The notes beneath the pieces were generated by a model that did no database searches, was not told the origin of the DNA, and saw only the letters and a program-made list of their open reading frames with translations. DNA of 63,697 bases, the filler included, from Hyphochytrium catenoides (lineage: Eukaryota > Protista > Hyphochytriomycota), in assembly GCA_900088475.1 (NCBI GenBank). It is 8 parts of 8 records of this genome, joined end to end, with 100 filler letters (N's around TTAATTAATTAA, not from the genome) between each part and the next. Parts side by side here need not be neighbours in the genome. Positions count along the whole stretch, not along the records: positions 1 to 22,097 come from FLMG01000865.1; 7 more parts are not named here. One strand, written 5' to 3'. Shown in pieces: positions 1 through 12,660 of this stretch (positions are counted from its first letter, which is position 1; every line of letters begins with the position of its first letter). The translations under genes were made by a program, and so were the position numbers.

Positions 1-624
1 AGAGAGAGAGAGAGAGAGAGAGACGATGGCAGCGGGAGTGTCAGGGCAGACAATGAATGGCCAATTGACGTGGTGTGGGGCAGACCAAAGGGAAGGAAAG
101 AGGAGAAAGGGGAGAGGAAAGGACATCTAAAAGATGGAGAGAGAGGAATAAAGAGAGAGAGAGCGCAGCAGTTCCGATACCAGTGAACTAGGAAACAAGC
201 CAGGAGAGAGAGGAGAGTTGAGAATGTACCGGCAAGCTGAGAAAGTTGATCGCTCCGCCATGGGCCCGATCTTCCAGTGTGTGCCGCTGCGCCTTCGTCT
301 GTCGGCCAGAGGCGCCGCCAGCGCCAAGCTTGTCTCGACTCCGCTTCAGTGCAGAGCTCCCAGCTGGAGGCATCGTCTGGCGCCAGGCAACGGAGACGCG
401 TGGAAGGTAGGCGGACACGGAGCAAGAGAGAGAGGAAAGAAGGAGAATGAGCAATGGAGAGGGAAGGATTGCTTGAGGACGGACGGAGAGAGACGGAGTG
501 GTCAGCAGCGAGACAGAGGTAGGCAGAGTAACAGAAAGAGCAGGGGATTGGCAGAGATACTCCCAGACTGCCACAGCAAGTGTTGCCAACGCGAGTGACT
601 CAGTGGCTACGCGGAGTGAGTGTG

Positions 625-625
625 C

Positions 626-656
<31 letters not shown>

Positions 657-1070
657 CTGTGATATCCTCTGGACGAGGCCAGCAGCGGTTGAGAGGTAGG
701 AGGAGCAAAGAGGAAGATTGCGCAGCTTCATCGGCGTCACACCAGCTACTCCGGAGCTTCAGGAAGAGAGGAGCAGAGAGAAGGGAGAAGAAAAGAGGTC
801 TCTCTCTCTCTCTCTCTCTCCCCGTCTCTCTCTCTGTCTCTCTCTCTCTGTGTCTCTCTGTCTCTCTCTCTCTCTTTCTCTCTTCCTCTCTCTCTCTCTC
901 TCTGTCTCTCTGTCTCTCTGTCTCTCTCTCTCTTTCTCTCTCCCTCGCTCGCTCGCTCGCTCTCTTTCTACCTCTCTCTCTCCTCGGCCTCCTGTCCTTT
1001 TGCTTCTCTGCCCACCCCCCGCTCTCCTATCATTCTTTTTCATCTCTCGCACGCCGCTCTCTCTCTCACA
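625..1070. repeat. (CT)n-rich microsatellite tract
   Basis: Read directly; explains the SL/RE-rich ORFs. Confidence 0.95.
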
Positions 1071-4000
1071 CAGCCCACTCCATCTCTCTACGAGATCTCA
1101 CTCGATGCGCAAAAAGAGTTAACTCAGTATTTCTCTCCATTATCTGTGCTCTGTCTGGCGCCATGTTGACTCTCTTTCCTTGTCGCTACATTCTGGCTCC
1201 TCTTTTCTCAAAGGGTTTTCATATGAGAAGGCAGGCTCACCTACAGTACAGCAAGGTACAAATCCCCCGAAACGAAATCTTCCATTTGATAACCAATAGA
1301 GTCAGTAGCGGTTATCACTAGACGCCTACAAAAGGAGTCGAGTGATATGATTACTCCGTATTACTTGATATGATTACCGCACTTTGTTCATCCCTCATCA
1401 GTGCTCTCGATTCTCCGATATTCCCACGATGGAACTTGCATTTCTACGGTCCCTTTCACGACTCAGATCCGATGATTTCCAGCTAGAGCTCGAGAGCTCG
1501 AGAGATTCAAGAGCAGCTTTCTATGTACCAACAATAACCCTGGCAATGGGCTCGAGCTCCACTTCCAATCTCTGTCTCTGTCTCTGTCTCAACTCATTGC
1601 TGTCGTTTCGAGCCTTTTGCGAGATTGCAACTGCATTGCTGCTGTATTGCGAAGTTGCGGCTGTGGTGAAGAAACCCGAGCGACGCCACGGAAGATGGAG
1701 CAATACCTTCTTCTGCCTTATCGCCGCCATCTTCTGAAGACGACGACGTCTTCTTCTTGACAGGTTGGCCTCTGCCACGAGCAATATTGAGCGTTAGGGT
1801 CTCGGACATGAATTGACCTTAAAAAATGTCCAGCAACAAGACCTCCTTACCCTCTAGTACTCGAATGGTAGTTGTGAGCCTCTTGCACACAGTCAACAAG
1901 GGGGCCTCCAAGACCTCCTTTGAAGTAGCAGCTACTGTGTACAGACAGATAGAGTAAGCTGCAGCTAAGACTCTTTACCCTCTTATACTGGAATGGTAGT
2001 TGTGAGCCTCTTGCACACAGTCAGCGGGGCTCCAACCACATGGGCTAAATGAGTCCACTAGTTCAAAGTAAGGAATAGAGTTCGAGGGAAAGAACCCGCC
2101 ACCACTGTGGCTTGAGACGGTTGCGTCGTGCAGGTGAGCAGCAGAAGCTTTACTGGAGAAATCCTTGAGCGCCATACGGAGAAGAATCTAAGTCTGAAGT
2201 TTCTCTAGATCGTGGCGAAAAGTGCCGAGACCGATGACGCTGTAATTAACCGATGTCGCAAGCCCTAGGATGATGAGGCTCCATCTGCGATCAAGAATTG
2301 CAATAACGGTTAGTTACACCACACCAATAAGTTAGTTCTCCACCGTAAGTTGCACCTAGAGAGAGGTGAGGTTAATTAGAAGTACGAGGGTTCTTGCCAA
2401 GCTGTGCGGCTGCAAGTTGTGCCGCTAGTTTGTTGGGGAGACTTTCCGTGGTGGAGCTATGCCGTGTGCCCTGGGCTGTGTGGAATAACTCGCGAAGCTT
2501 CAGAGTAATCCTGGAGCTCTTGATGATGCTGCTTCTCGGCAACGTGGTCATTAGCCCTCTTGTTGTTTCTTGGCCATGGCATTAGTAACGCTATATCCCA
2601 GAATCTCCGCGATCCATGAAGAAAAAAACGCGCTACGTTACATGCTATGGAGCGTATTCCTCTACAGCAGCCAGGTGGACCCCTGCTCTTGCTTGCCTTG
2701 TCGAGTTTCTGACGGTCTCGGCGCTCCGCCTTGTTCTCCTCTTCCTGTTGTTATTGTTGAGGTGTTTACCGATGAGAAGACTTCCTTTTTCTCCGATGCC
2801 GACGGTGGAGGAGGAAAGCGAGTTGAAGAGACCACGGCTTTGTGGCTCTCTCTCTTCTTCCTTCTTCTGCTGCTTCTTCTATCTCTTCTTCTCCTTCTTC
2901 TCATCTTAGTATATAGTAAAGCAGAAAAGAAGACCCTTGCCGCCCCTTCAGAAAAGGCAAGATGCANNNNNNNNNNNNNNNNNNNNNNNNNNNNNNNNNN
3001 NNNNNNNNNNNNNAGACTAGCTGAGCGCAGTGATGGAGACCCACGAAGGTCCCACTCAATGTACCAGAGTAACATCCTGACCAGATGGCTGGAAATTGGC
3101 TAAACCAGTCCATTCAGTAGTAAGACATTAGGGAGGCACGGGGAACATAACTTTCGCTGGCCTCTTCTCCTGACGTTAGGGAAGCAGCATCACTTTTGGG
3201 AAACAGTCGTCACGGTACGTACCAGCTAGTAGGGCGAGGGTTGCGGGAGACCACCACTTGAACAACAGAGGAAGAAGAGGACGTTTGCAAGGAGCTAAAT
3301 CTAAAGCAAGAGGTACGGAGTCTGGTTCCTCCTAGTCCTAGGAACTATATCTGGCAGTGGATGGTACCGACCAAGCCCTTATCAAAGTAGTGGAAATGAG
3401 ATGAATGATGGCACCTTATTGTCAGCAACACTAAGCAAAGATAAGTCGACAGAAGGTCGCGTGCTACTGCTAGTGCGGCCATTGAGGATCTCCGAACAGA
3501 GGAGCTGCACGAGTGTTCTCTTGCTAGCGAAGAAGAAAAGAAGTTGTTTTCTTTGATCGAGGTATTTCTTCTCCAAAAGAGGAAAAGGCGTACGAGCGTC
3601 TACTTAAGGATAGAGGCCAGAGAGTGCCTCACGAGCTTAGGGTTATCCGCATCAACAGCAACTGCCGCGGCTTCAGGCTTCTGCTTAGTATTATTATACT
3701 CTAACAAGAGTGATGTGTCGCTGTTTGTCTTCTTCTTTTCCACATCGTGATGTGCCACGAACTGCCGACTGAGCTGCAGGTTTGCCAGCTGTAGTAGTTC
3801 TTGTCAACTTCTTTGGCTCTAGAGATGGCACGTTCATCACCCTACTAACCACCTCAAGCTCAAGCGCCATTCTTCGCCGTCGGATGCCACCATTGACTCT
3901 AGACCTCCAGAGAGAGTACCCAGCGTCCTGATGAGGAGCTGAGAAACTATTTCCTCCATCTCCACTGCCCGACATTGGCGAAAAAAACGCTAATAGCTAT

Positions 4001-4220
4001 AACATGAGTTGGCTGTTTGGCAGCAGCAGATGCTTGTTCGCTGCGAGGATCAATCTTTGTGATGGAGACGAGGAGTGAGATGAACAGCACCACCGCCACT
4101 GCTTGTTCGGGTGCCCTCCATAGCAGCCGGGAAGTTCGAAGAACCAGCAGTTGGTTGCATTGATAACACCTTAGTGGTCTTTAGTTTTAGAAGGATCAGC
4201 AACTCTAAGAGCAATCTTCG

Positions 4221-6019
4221 CTAATTTATTGACGGCTGGATGCGATGAACGGACAGCCGCGATGATGATTGCCGCCAGATGAGGGCGGCAGATGCAGAGC
4301 CTCCACGAACAAAGCGGTTGTAGGCATCTAGAAGCATGCGGTACACCTGCTCCTCAACTGCATCGAAGAGTTTATGAGCGTCAATAATCTCCCCCGTGCC
4401 CTCTTTGGTCTGCTCTTGAATTGCAGCGACAGTTGTGGAACGCAGCCTATCCAGTATGTTGATCTCATAGGGCGACCCTTTGTTGAGGAAGTCTTCCCTA
4501 ATCTTTAGAGTCACTTGCAGTTTCAGCTTTGGGTCTGTCTGGCTTCTCAGTTCATTCAGAGCCTCAATGAAGATGACATTCTCCACAGCAAACTCCTTGA
4601 CCAAGTACTGTTTGAAGATAGGCAAGATTGAAGGTCTCTGAAGCGCAGCTTTTAGCTCTGCTGGTGTCGATACGAAGGTGATCTCGTCACCACCGTCGCT
4701 GCGCTCGCTACCCGGACGCGAGTTCGCCATGGCTTCTCCGCTGTCTTTTAACGGCTGGCACGCCTTCTGCTCTTGTCGTCTTTTAGCAGCCATCCCCGCC
4801 ACCTCTCGTTCCAGGGCTGTCTCGGCTTCCTTGATGTAAGAAAGTCTCACCGGGTTGGCCGTGCCGTACCACATGTAGGAGAACACTGCGCCAACATAGG
4901 CAAGCTGACCTAAGACGTAGGCATTCACTCTCTCTTTGTCGTTTAGCCGCGTAGCATAGGTCGCCATCGCGTTCAGTGGCGCCCCCATGATGAAGAAGAA
5001 GATGATATTCTTCCAGTTCTGGTTGAGGTTAAAGGCGTCATTCGTGTCGCGAATGAGGTACGTAAGTAAAGCGTTAAGGCCCATGAGACCCCACCAGATA
5101 CCGCGCTGCAGACCAGCCTGATGGAACAGCGATAGCGAGGGACGGGCGTAAGCGACAATGACACTGTAGCCCAGAACTTTAGACCTCCAAACCCTGACTC
5201 GACCTTGTGCTCTCATTCTTCTGCACCCTCGCTGGTTCCTTATGCCACTACTGCCTCATGAAACCTAGAAAATGTCCCTCCTCCTCATTTTGACGATCCT
5301 GCTGCCTCCTCTCGTTTCTCTTTCTTCATTTTCAAGCTTGATCTTCCTGCCCTCTAGTCCTCTTCACCCGCGTATTGACAGCTCTTCCCCATCTCCCACT
5401 AGTACTCTCTCCCTCTAGATGCGCCTCTGGCCCCTACCTCTGCTGTAGAGCCGAACTCAAGGCATTCAGACCGGGTCATGGGCAACCCTAAGTATGCTCG
5501 TCTGGATACCAGGCGGGTAACTGTGAGGAGCAAGAAGAGGATAGCTCCCAGAATTACAAGGCCTTGCTTCTGTCCAATGGAAGAGAGGGAATGAATGTGA
5601 CGCTCTAACCAGCCTCTCGAGCGCTTCGTCGCTAGTATCATTTCCTTTTGCCATCGGAACCGTGCCCAAGTGGAGAGAAGCTGCACTAATGTCCCACTAT
5701 AGAACGGGAAGTAGTCGGCATAGGAGATGATGATATGCAAACCGCATGGGATCTCCGGGAAGACAATGGACTGCATCAAGGACATTACATAGAGGGAAGC
5801 TCCCACCTGCGTCGTGATTGTCAAATAGGCTGGCGTGGAATTGACGGGGAAGCAGTCTCGTCTTTTCCAGATGAGGAAGCACAGAACGGGGGCTAGGGAT
5901 AGATTGAGTATCAGTACGAAGAGTCCCAGCTCAAACGCCCAGGTCTCCTTGCCATTAAGGTACGTCTCCAGCCCAGCTCTTCCCAAGGTGTCGCTGCCAA
6001 CGCCACCAGCATACTCCAT
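4221..6019 (-). CDS. 7TM-RGS protein (seven TM helices plus C-terminal regulator of G-protein signalling domain); 2 exons, intron about 5118-5437
   Basis: Phase-0 splice GAG|gtaggg...ttccatcag|GCT joins ORFs 5399-6019 and 4221-5216. Seven hydrophobic segments are followed by RGS motifs FKQYLVKEFAVENVIF, IREDFL..GSPYEINI and LFDAVEEQVYRML.DAYNRF. Confidence 0.88.
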
Positions 6020-7691
6020 AATACTGATATGTCTTCTGCCACGCTATCACTATTCAAAGGTGGGGCGACCCTAGAGTATGTACCGGCAGAAGAAGGTTCT
6101 CTGCGGACAGCAACTATCAACAAGTAGCATCAGCATTGGCTGCTCGACACTGCAAGCAGCGCTGGCTTCTACACAGGATCGCAAGGATAGAGAACAAGAG
6201 CATCGCATACAAACGCTAACTTCACCACCTTGCAGGTGGTAGTCTGGGTTGAGGATTGAGAGCTCAAATATATCATAGGTAGTAGTAGTTAGGCGCTTTG
6301 ATCATTAACACCATCAGTGCCATATTCCATTCACAAGCTTATGGGGCTAAGGAGCAAGGGGCCATTGTCTGGAAAGAAACGTCCGTCTACTTCTACACCT
6401 CCAAGGCCCCCCATCACAATCTGTTTCTCCTTCGAACCTTGGAACAATGAACCCGTCCATAGATGTTTGGTTTGGTGCAACAGCACGAGAGACTAGAGAC
6501 CGTCAGGCTCACTTAACAAGCTAGCGAAACGCCAGCGCAACGACTGCGATCAATGCCTCTGAGTGAGCAGCAGAGAACCAGTGAGGTGGTTTCCGATTGA
6601 CCCGTGTTATTCCTTCCCTGTCCTCTTACTACTAGAACTACCCTGCTGATCGATGGGGGATGGTGCTGAGGAGGGAGATTGGCCCTTGCCTTAGAGGCTT
6701 CAACGAAGCGATAGGAGTTAAGATAGACCCCAGTGGACGCCAGGCTACGCTGAGAAGAGTCCTCGACCCAGGGCGGATCAGTGCAGGAGAAGGATCCGGC
6801 GCTGCTGTTCTGCTTCTTTCAAGGTGACAGGTGAAAAACGGCCCTGGCAGTTACCAGAATAAGGCCGGACGCATCAGTGATCCCACATCTTCTCTACCAC
6901 TTATCAGGGATACCACTTGTAAATCAGCTGCTGGGGGAGGAGTGAGGCCACCGTTACATTGTAAAGAGAAGCAGCAGACAGAAGAGAAGCACTTCGTCTG
7001 CTGCCTGTTCGATCAGCTCGAGGTAAGCTCCTGTCCTCTCCTCTGGTGGCAGGACTCTGCGAGCACACAGAAGAACAGAGCTTGAGCCGATGGAAGGCTG
7101 TGCGCCACCTCCTCTTCTGCTTGGGGTGAATAGCAGCCTTCAGTCCAGGATGATGGCCTGGGCAGCACTGGTCTACCTGCCCAAAGCAATGGACGCCGTT
7201 GTTAAAGTAGAGAAGCAGAGAAAGCTATGCTGTCCGGATGACAGCTATGGCTCTTCTGACTATCAATGTAACCGCTCATCTTCTCCTTGCTCTCTGAGCT
7301 GCGACCGACAGGCGATGGCTATGAGGCTAATCACCCTCCTCTCTTCTCCGCTTAACTCCTCCCATGGAAGACCTTGGTGTTACTTCCCGTAGCAAGTTTA
7401 TCTTGGAGCTCCTTATTCTCTAGGTCGTCCTGCCTGGGAAAGCTCGATCTGTCGTGGTGATCTTGCCTCCCTCATGGGCTTCTACCCTTGAATGGCGCGG
7501 CCCGTCGTGGACACTAGCTAACTTCTACGGCGTAATAAAGATTTGCTTGAACTTTTCGTAGCCACCGCACAGGGCTTGGCCAACTAAGAAGGCTGTGGCC
7601 TCTGCCATCTTCATTGTTGACACTAACAAGTCGAAGGGAAAGAGGAGAGCAGCACAGCAGTGCCGCTCAGCATAAGTAGAAGTAGAAGAAA

Positions 7692-10600
7692 ATGCGTAAC
7701 ATGATGACTGCCAGTCTTCAGAAAATTGGCACACTGGGGAGACTTTGGATCTCCATACTTCTGATACTATGGATTCTGTTCTCCCCACTGAAGACTTTCT
7801 TACTCTACACTGGCGATGGCACCGTTATCCGAAGCTATCATGCGCGTTACTACGCGTCAAACTTAGGCAACGGGACACCAGAAGCTGCCGAAGTTAAGAA
7901 CGAGACAGCCACCCTGGGGACGACGGCAGAGTCATCCGCCGCCTCATCTAGCTGCCTGCCTACTATCGCTTACCTCAATCAAAGAAGGGTGATCGCGTAT
8001 GATCGCGGTTGCCTCTGGGCCGTAGAGAAGCTCTATCCGCATTGCAGCACGGAAGTCAATCCCAAAAGCACGGCGCAGTGCTTCATCCTCTATGACAAGC
8101 CTATCTTTACCTCCAACACCACGAAATCCGAATCTGCCGTGACCACGGATGACTCCATGCCGATCGTCATGACGTTGCCTGGCTTCACCTCCATCTACGC
8201 AGACATCCTCATCGATCTTCTCAGCGGTTCGTGCTCCTTAGATGGCGTCTGCCTTCAAGCGAACCTTCCTCTTCTCTTTGAGACGGTCGCCACGAACGCC
8301 AGTCTGGAGCTCCTTCAGGCCATCCAGGCTGTACAAACAGTTGCCGACCTTGGGGATCCGGAGGACATTGTCCTATCGGTGGCAGACCAGGCAGCCACAA
8401 TGTTCACCGGGGACTTCGTGTTCGGTCTAGTGACCAGCAGTCTCTGTCCTAACGCTCTGTGCTTCAGCAACGGAGCGTCCAATTCCTTCATAAAGAGTGT
8501 GGGAGCCCTCAGCACCTTAGTAAGTGACACCAGAAGCGCTGACCAAACGGATAATTGGTTCTGCTTTGAAGACTGCAACAAGACAGCCATGTCCATTGGG
8601 ATGAACTCGGGATACATATCGGGCATCACCATGCTTAATGCAAGGGGCTTTCTTGAGATGCACAGCTGCGGACAGCTCGTCGCCGATCTGATGCAGCTCA
8701 AGGACGACGAGCCCCACACCCTACGTCGCATCCCTTCTGAGCTTGCGCTTTATCTACACTGTCCTGCATTCAAACAAGGTATCCTAGATGACCTGGAATA
8801 CCTAACGTCAATCAGCTCTCGACTGACTCTGAAAGTGGAACAGCACTCCGCGGCCGGGATAGGCTATTTGAAGGATATCTCCGTGACCCGAACGGTAGCC
8901 CAGGCGGGAGTGACAACCGCGAAGGCAGCGGATATTGTAAGAGGAATCTATGATGGGCAGAATGCAGGCTACATAGCCAACACTGCCTGGTGCAATTATT
9001 TCAATGACACTGTGTATGCCTTTGACTCCGACTTAGAGCTACTGACGGAGCCTGTTCTGGCGGCTGCAAGAAGCTGTCTCCAAAGGCGATGGGTCGATAC
9101 ATACAGAAGGACCATCTGGATTACCAGGCTGAGCATCGAGGGCTCCATTGTCATTCGCGGCGCCAAGGCAAACGTCACTCTAGTCCTCAGAGATCCCGCA
9201 ATGGTGGACTTTGTGGAGAAGCAGCTGGCTGCCATTTCTCTTGGTGGTTCTTTTTCTAGCTCTTCCCCCGCCACCCGCTTATCTTCGTCGGCCCCAGCCA
9301 CTCCGCTTGACCGCAGATACATCACCAGGGGCATGGCTCTTGATGGAGAGGCCCTTGCTAACTATACTGCTCGAGTCCTGGATCTCATCTTCCCAAATGC
9401 CACGGGGATGTTACCCCTTACTCTTAATGGAGCAACAGAGCGGGTGATCCTCAGAAGTTCAGGCATGAGTCCTATGCTGAGGCTAGAGCCAAGACGGAGG
9501 GCCTATGTGAACGCGGACCGGAGGCAATTCGCCAACACAGCGCCACTTATTGCCTCATGCGTGGGCAGTCCCTGCCAAGCCAGCAACCCGTTCTATTTGC
9601 CGTCGGATCAGTCCATGGTTATGTTTGATTCTGCAGGTCTGAGCTATCGCGTCATAGAGGATGATGTCGCCAATAGACTTAGAGCTTCAGTTCGAGATCT
9701 GACCACAGCAAAGAACTCCATCTACGCCATGGAGTTTTACGGGCGGTCATGCCCGCATTATCCCAACTGGATCGTGATCCGTGGTGACCGCAGTCTTCAC
9801 GAAAGCTCGAAGGTGGACGTGAGCCTCGTGACGGCAAGTACCATTCTCGAAAGTAGATTGGGCTATAAGGAAGCATGCCTTGTTTCGTCCTATGCTCAGT
9901 TTTCTGCATCGTATCCCGCCGACCTGACGGCGAACGCGACTGAAGGAGAATACCAAGCAGACGGATGCAGCTTTCGACTTCACCGCATGACGTTGTTGAA
10001 TCCAGTTGAGTGTGGGAGCACTATCAGGGGAGACAAGGACAATGGAAGGCTGAACGTCTACGACTCTAGCGCCAACGAAAACCTGATAGCTCTCCGCCCT
10101 TCTCTCTTGGAAACCGTGGAAACAACTGCGAACGGTCTTCAGAGCTATGAGAATGGCATAATCTACGTTGGCATTCTGATCAATATGATGTACACCTTCC
10201 GACTGCTGAGGCAGATCCTCCTCCGTCTCATGATAGTCAAGAAAGTGCTGGGCACGTTCGATAGTCAGACTGCCAGGAGGGATATCTTGTTCCGGTACAA
10301 CGGGCCGCTAATTGAGTTTGTTGACTACACGGAACGACAGGTGGCGAGATGTTCCGTCATAGAAAAGATCGCGCTATGTCTGCCTTCCATGGTGACAATG
10401 GCAAGGATGATCCGGCCCATACCACTATTACGTCGGGGCGTCATTGCGTCCGAGCAGTACGTGCTAGTCTCTGACGGAGCTTTTCAGATTGGAACATCCG
10501 CGACTGATTGGCTGGTCTGGCTTATCGCAGCCATGTCGATCGGTAGCGTCATGACGGCCTACCCAGAGATGAGCGGCATTGCTGTCACAGCCCGGTTGCG

Positions 10601-11255
10601 GCGATGGGCGAGCGCTACGTTTAGTGCTATGGTTCTCATCCTTAGCTCTTCAGGAGTATGTGTCATTGCCCCTGACGTACTTCCCGACTGGATGCTATCG
10701 AGGGTTGAAATAGGGCTTCTGGCTGTCTGTTGGTCCGTTGGGGTTGCTGTCCTCCTACAGGAGCCTATAGATAAAAAGAATGTCTCCGTCAAGCCCAAGG
10801 ACGCGCTGTCAGCTGGAGCAGCGCTTGAGCAGCTGGGCCTCGCGGCTGACCTCGTGCTGCCACCTGCCATGATCTATCCCGGGCCCGACAAATCCTCTTC
10901 CAAGGTGATGGTGAACGTATTCTGGCTCGTTAACTATGTAATGGAGGGCTTCCTAATGTCCTCAAGCGGCGGGAGTCAGTCGTCAGTAACGAAGCGTAAC
11001 GTCAGGCCGACTCTAGGCAATACAATATGGCCCTTTGCGCTAATCCTCTTCAGGCCAGGACATCTAGAAGTGAAGATGTGCAGTGAGGTGCCCAAGGATG
11101 GAGTCCGACTAGGCACGCTCCCCAACGGCACCACCGTGTACTTCGACAGTCTTATGCAAGAAGAAGAACGGTCACGTTCCAAAGCTGACGCTGGAACAGA
11201 GGACAAGAACGTGGTCTACAGCAGAGCTCTATTGGAGGGCTACCTCGCCGAGTGA
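7692..11255 (+). CDS. Intronless 1187-aa membrane protein of unknown function: N-terminal TM, large Cys/N-glycosylation-site-rich domain, several C-terminal TMs
   Basis: 3.56-kb uninterrupted non-repetitive ORF. TM LWISILLILWILFSPLKTF, many NxS/T sites, hydrophobic segments from IIYVGILINMMY to IGLLAVCWSVGVAVLL. Confidence 0.85.
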   Translation: MRNMMTASLQKIGTLGRLWISILLILWILFSPLKTFLLYTGDGTVIRSYHARYYASNLGNGTPEAAEVKNETATLGTTAESSAASSSCLPTIAYLNQRRVIAYDRGCLWAVEKLYPHCSTEVNPKSTAQCFILYDKPIFTSNTTKSESAVTTDDSMPIVMTLPGFTSIYADILIDLLSGSCSLDGVCLQANLPLLFETVATNASLELLQAIQAVQTVADLGDPEDIVLSVADQAATMFTGDFVFGLVTSSLCPNALCFSNGASNSFIKSVGALSTLVSDTRSADQTDNWFCFEDCNKTAMSIGMNSGYISGITMLNARGFLEMHSCGQLVADLMQLKDDEPHTLRRIPSELALYLHCPAFKQGILDDLEYLTSISSRLTLKVEQHSAAGIGYLKDISVTRTVAQAGVTTAKAADIVRGIYDGQNAGYIANTAWCNYFNDTVYAFDSDLELLTEPVLAAARSCLQRRWVDTYRRTIWITRLSIEGSIVIRGAKANVTLVLRDPAMVDFVEKQLAAISLGGSFSSSSPATRLSSSAPATPLDRRYITRGMALDGEALANYTARVLDLIFPNATGMLPLTLNGATERVILRSSGMSPMLRLEPRRRAYVNADRRQFANTAPLIASCVGSPCQASNPFYLPSDQSMVMFDSAGLSYRVIEDDVANRLRASVRDLTTAKNSIYAMEFYGRSCPHYPNWIVIRGDRSLHESSKVDVSLVTASTILESRLGYKEACLVSSYAQFSASYPADLTANATEGEYQADGCSFRLHRMTLLNPVECGSTIRGDKDNGRLNVYDSSANENLIALRPSLLETVETTANGLQSYENGIIYVGILINMMYTFRLLRQILLRLMIVKKVLGTFDSQTARRDILFRYNGPLIEFVDYTERQVARCSVIEKIALCLPSMVTMARMIRPIPLLRRGVIASEQYVLVSDGAFQIGTSATDWLVWLIAAMSIGSVMTAYPEMSGIAVTARLRRWASATFSAMVLILSSSGVCVIAPDVLPDWMLSRVEIGLLAVCWSVGVAVLLQEPIDKKNVSVKPKDALSAGAALEQLGLAADLVLPPAMIYPGPDKSSSKVMVNVFWLVNYVMEGFLMSSSGGSQSSVTKRNVRPTLGNTIWPFALILFRPGHLEVKMCSEVPKDGVRLGTLPNGTTVYFDSLMQEEERSRSKADAGTEDKNVVYSRALLEGYLAE

Positions 11256-12660
11256 TGAGAGGGTGCTGGGCGTGCAGTGCTCTAATCCAACTCTTTCGCG
11301 AGCTTCAGCCAGGAAGCTTTACAGATTTGTCTGTTATTGCATCTTGAACTAGTCCCTTCATCTTTTATCATCAACTGCATTTCTACGGGGCGATGGAAGG
11401 AGGCTGTTATCCTTGAGAAAGGTACTCTCTCTCTGAACAAGAAGAAAAATGAGCTATCCTACTTGAGGGTAAAAGGCTGCTAGGTAGAGAGTGTTGCCTC
11501 ACGAGCGTTGAGAAGCATCATCACGAGTGATGCATCATTGGTCTGAAATATCAGGTGTACAAGGGCGACTCCAAGAGCCAACCATATAAAGCTGGTCCAG
11601 ACTGGATGATCGGCCCCTTCGTAAGGACGCGGCTGCTGCTAGCTTGTACCACCAAGAAGAGAAGAGAGAGCATGATGGTTTGCGCTTCTTTTTAAGTGTA
11701 CAGCCGGACATCTGGCTCATGGTGCCCCCGCCATTTCATAGTCTTTAGTGGGCTAGCCCCTAATAATAGCATAATAGCAACTGCTCGAAGTCTACGGATG
11801 GGCCATGCTTGTCTTCATTACGGTTGGTATCGTCAGTTAGGGCAACCCGACTCACATTACTCTTATCATCATTCCTCATCAGAGGAACGTAGTGTCGCTT
11901 GCCGAACACGCGAGGCGTTGATAACGTGAAAGGAGTAGCCTGCTGCTGCAGCCGAGGCACTGGTGCTGGCTTATGATGCTGCTGCTGCTGCTACTACGCA
12001 GAACCTTTACTATCTTCATATTTGTCATACCTTCATAATAGTCCTCCGCTGTCGACGACGGTGTGATGACGGGAAGTTGGGAGCTGTTTGTTGATGCATA
12101 ACCGCAGCGCCTATTGCTATCTTATTATTTATTATAAGATGAGACTAACCAAATGGTGTTATTGATGGCATCGTCCGCATGCAGCATGTGTTCCGGCTTG
12201 TCGCGTGACATTCTCTTGATGAAGCAGGGCCATAATAGTAGTTTCGAACATGGCTGGAGCACATCTACAACCAGCTTGTCGCAAGAAAGCAATATGCAAC
12301 ATCACTTGGCAGCCTGCAACAACTCCTTAATGCGCGGTTGGAGGCAGCGAAGGAAAGGGACCTGTCACACGCTCAATGGCGGCGCCACTGTGCTTTTGGA
12401 GGTAAAGGTGTGCAGTCGCTAGCTGGCGGCAGGCGAACTGCGGAGCCCTTTCTATCAGGGACTAACGAAGGGGAACCTATCTTATCATCGATTGCTGCAA
12501 AAGCAAGTCTTAATCCACTTAAAGCTAAACTGTTTCATGGACGCTGAAAGGCTGCTATCATTAGTACTGCTCTAATGCTAGCTTCACCTCTCTTATCCTT
12601 CTCTCCTTTCTCCCTTCTTCTTTCTGCTGTCCCTCTTGTGCACCTCTCTTCTCTGCGCGT

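Noticed and set aside
127-1321. Long ORFs rich in SLSL or RERE (also at 13.9k, 17k, 20.5-21.8k, 32-33k, 37.4-38k, 46k and 60-63.5k)
   Set aside because: Translations of (CT)n/(AG)n microsatellites, which lack stop codons.
8242-11206. Antisense and alternative-frame ORFs over the 1187-aa gene (likewise over the transposase and TLC gene)
   Set aside because: Shadow ORFs of real coding sequence with no recognisable motifs.
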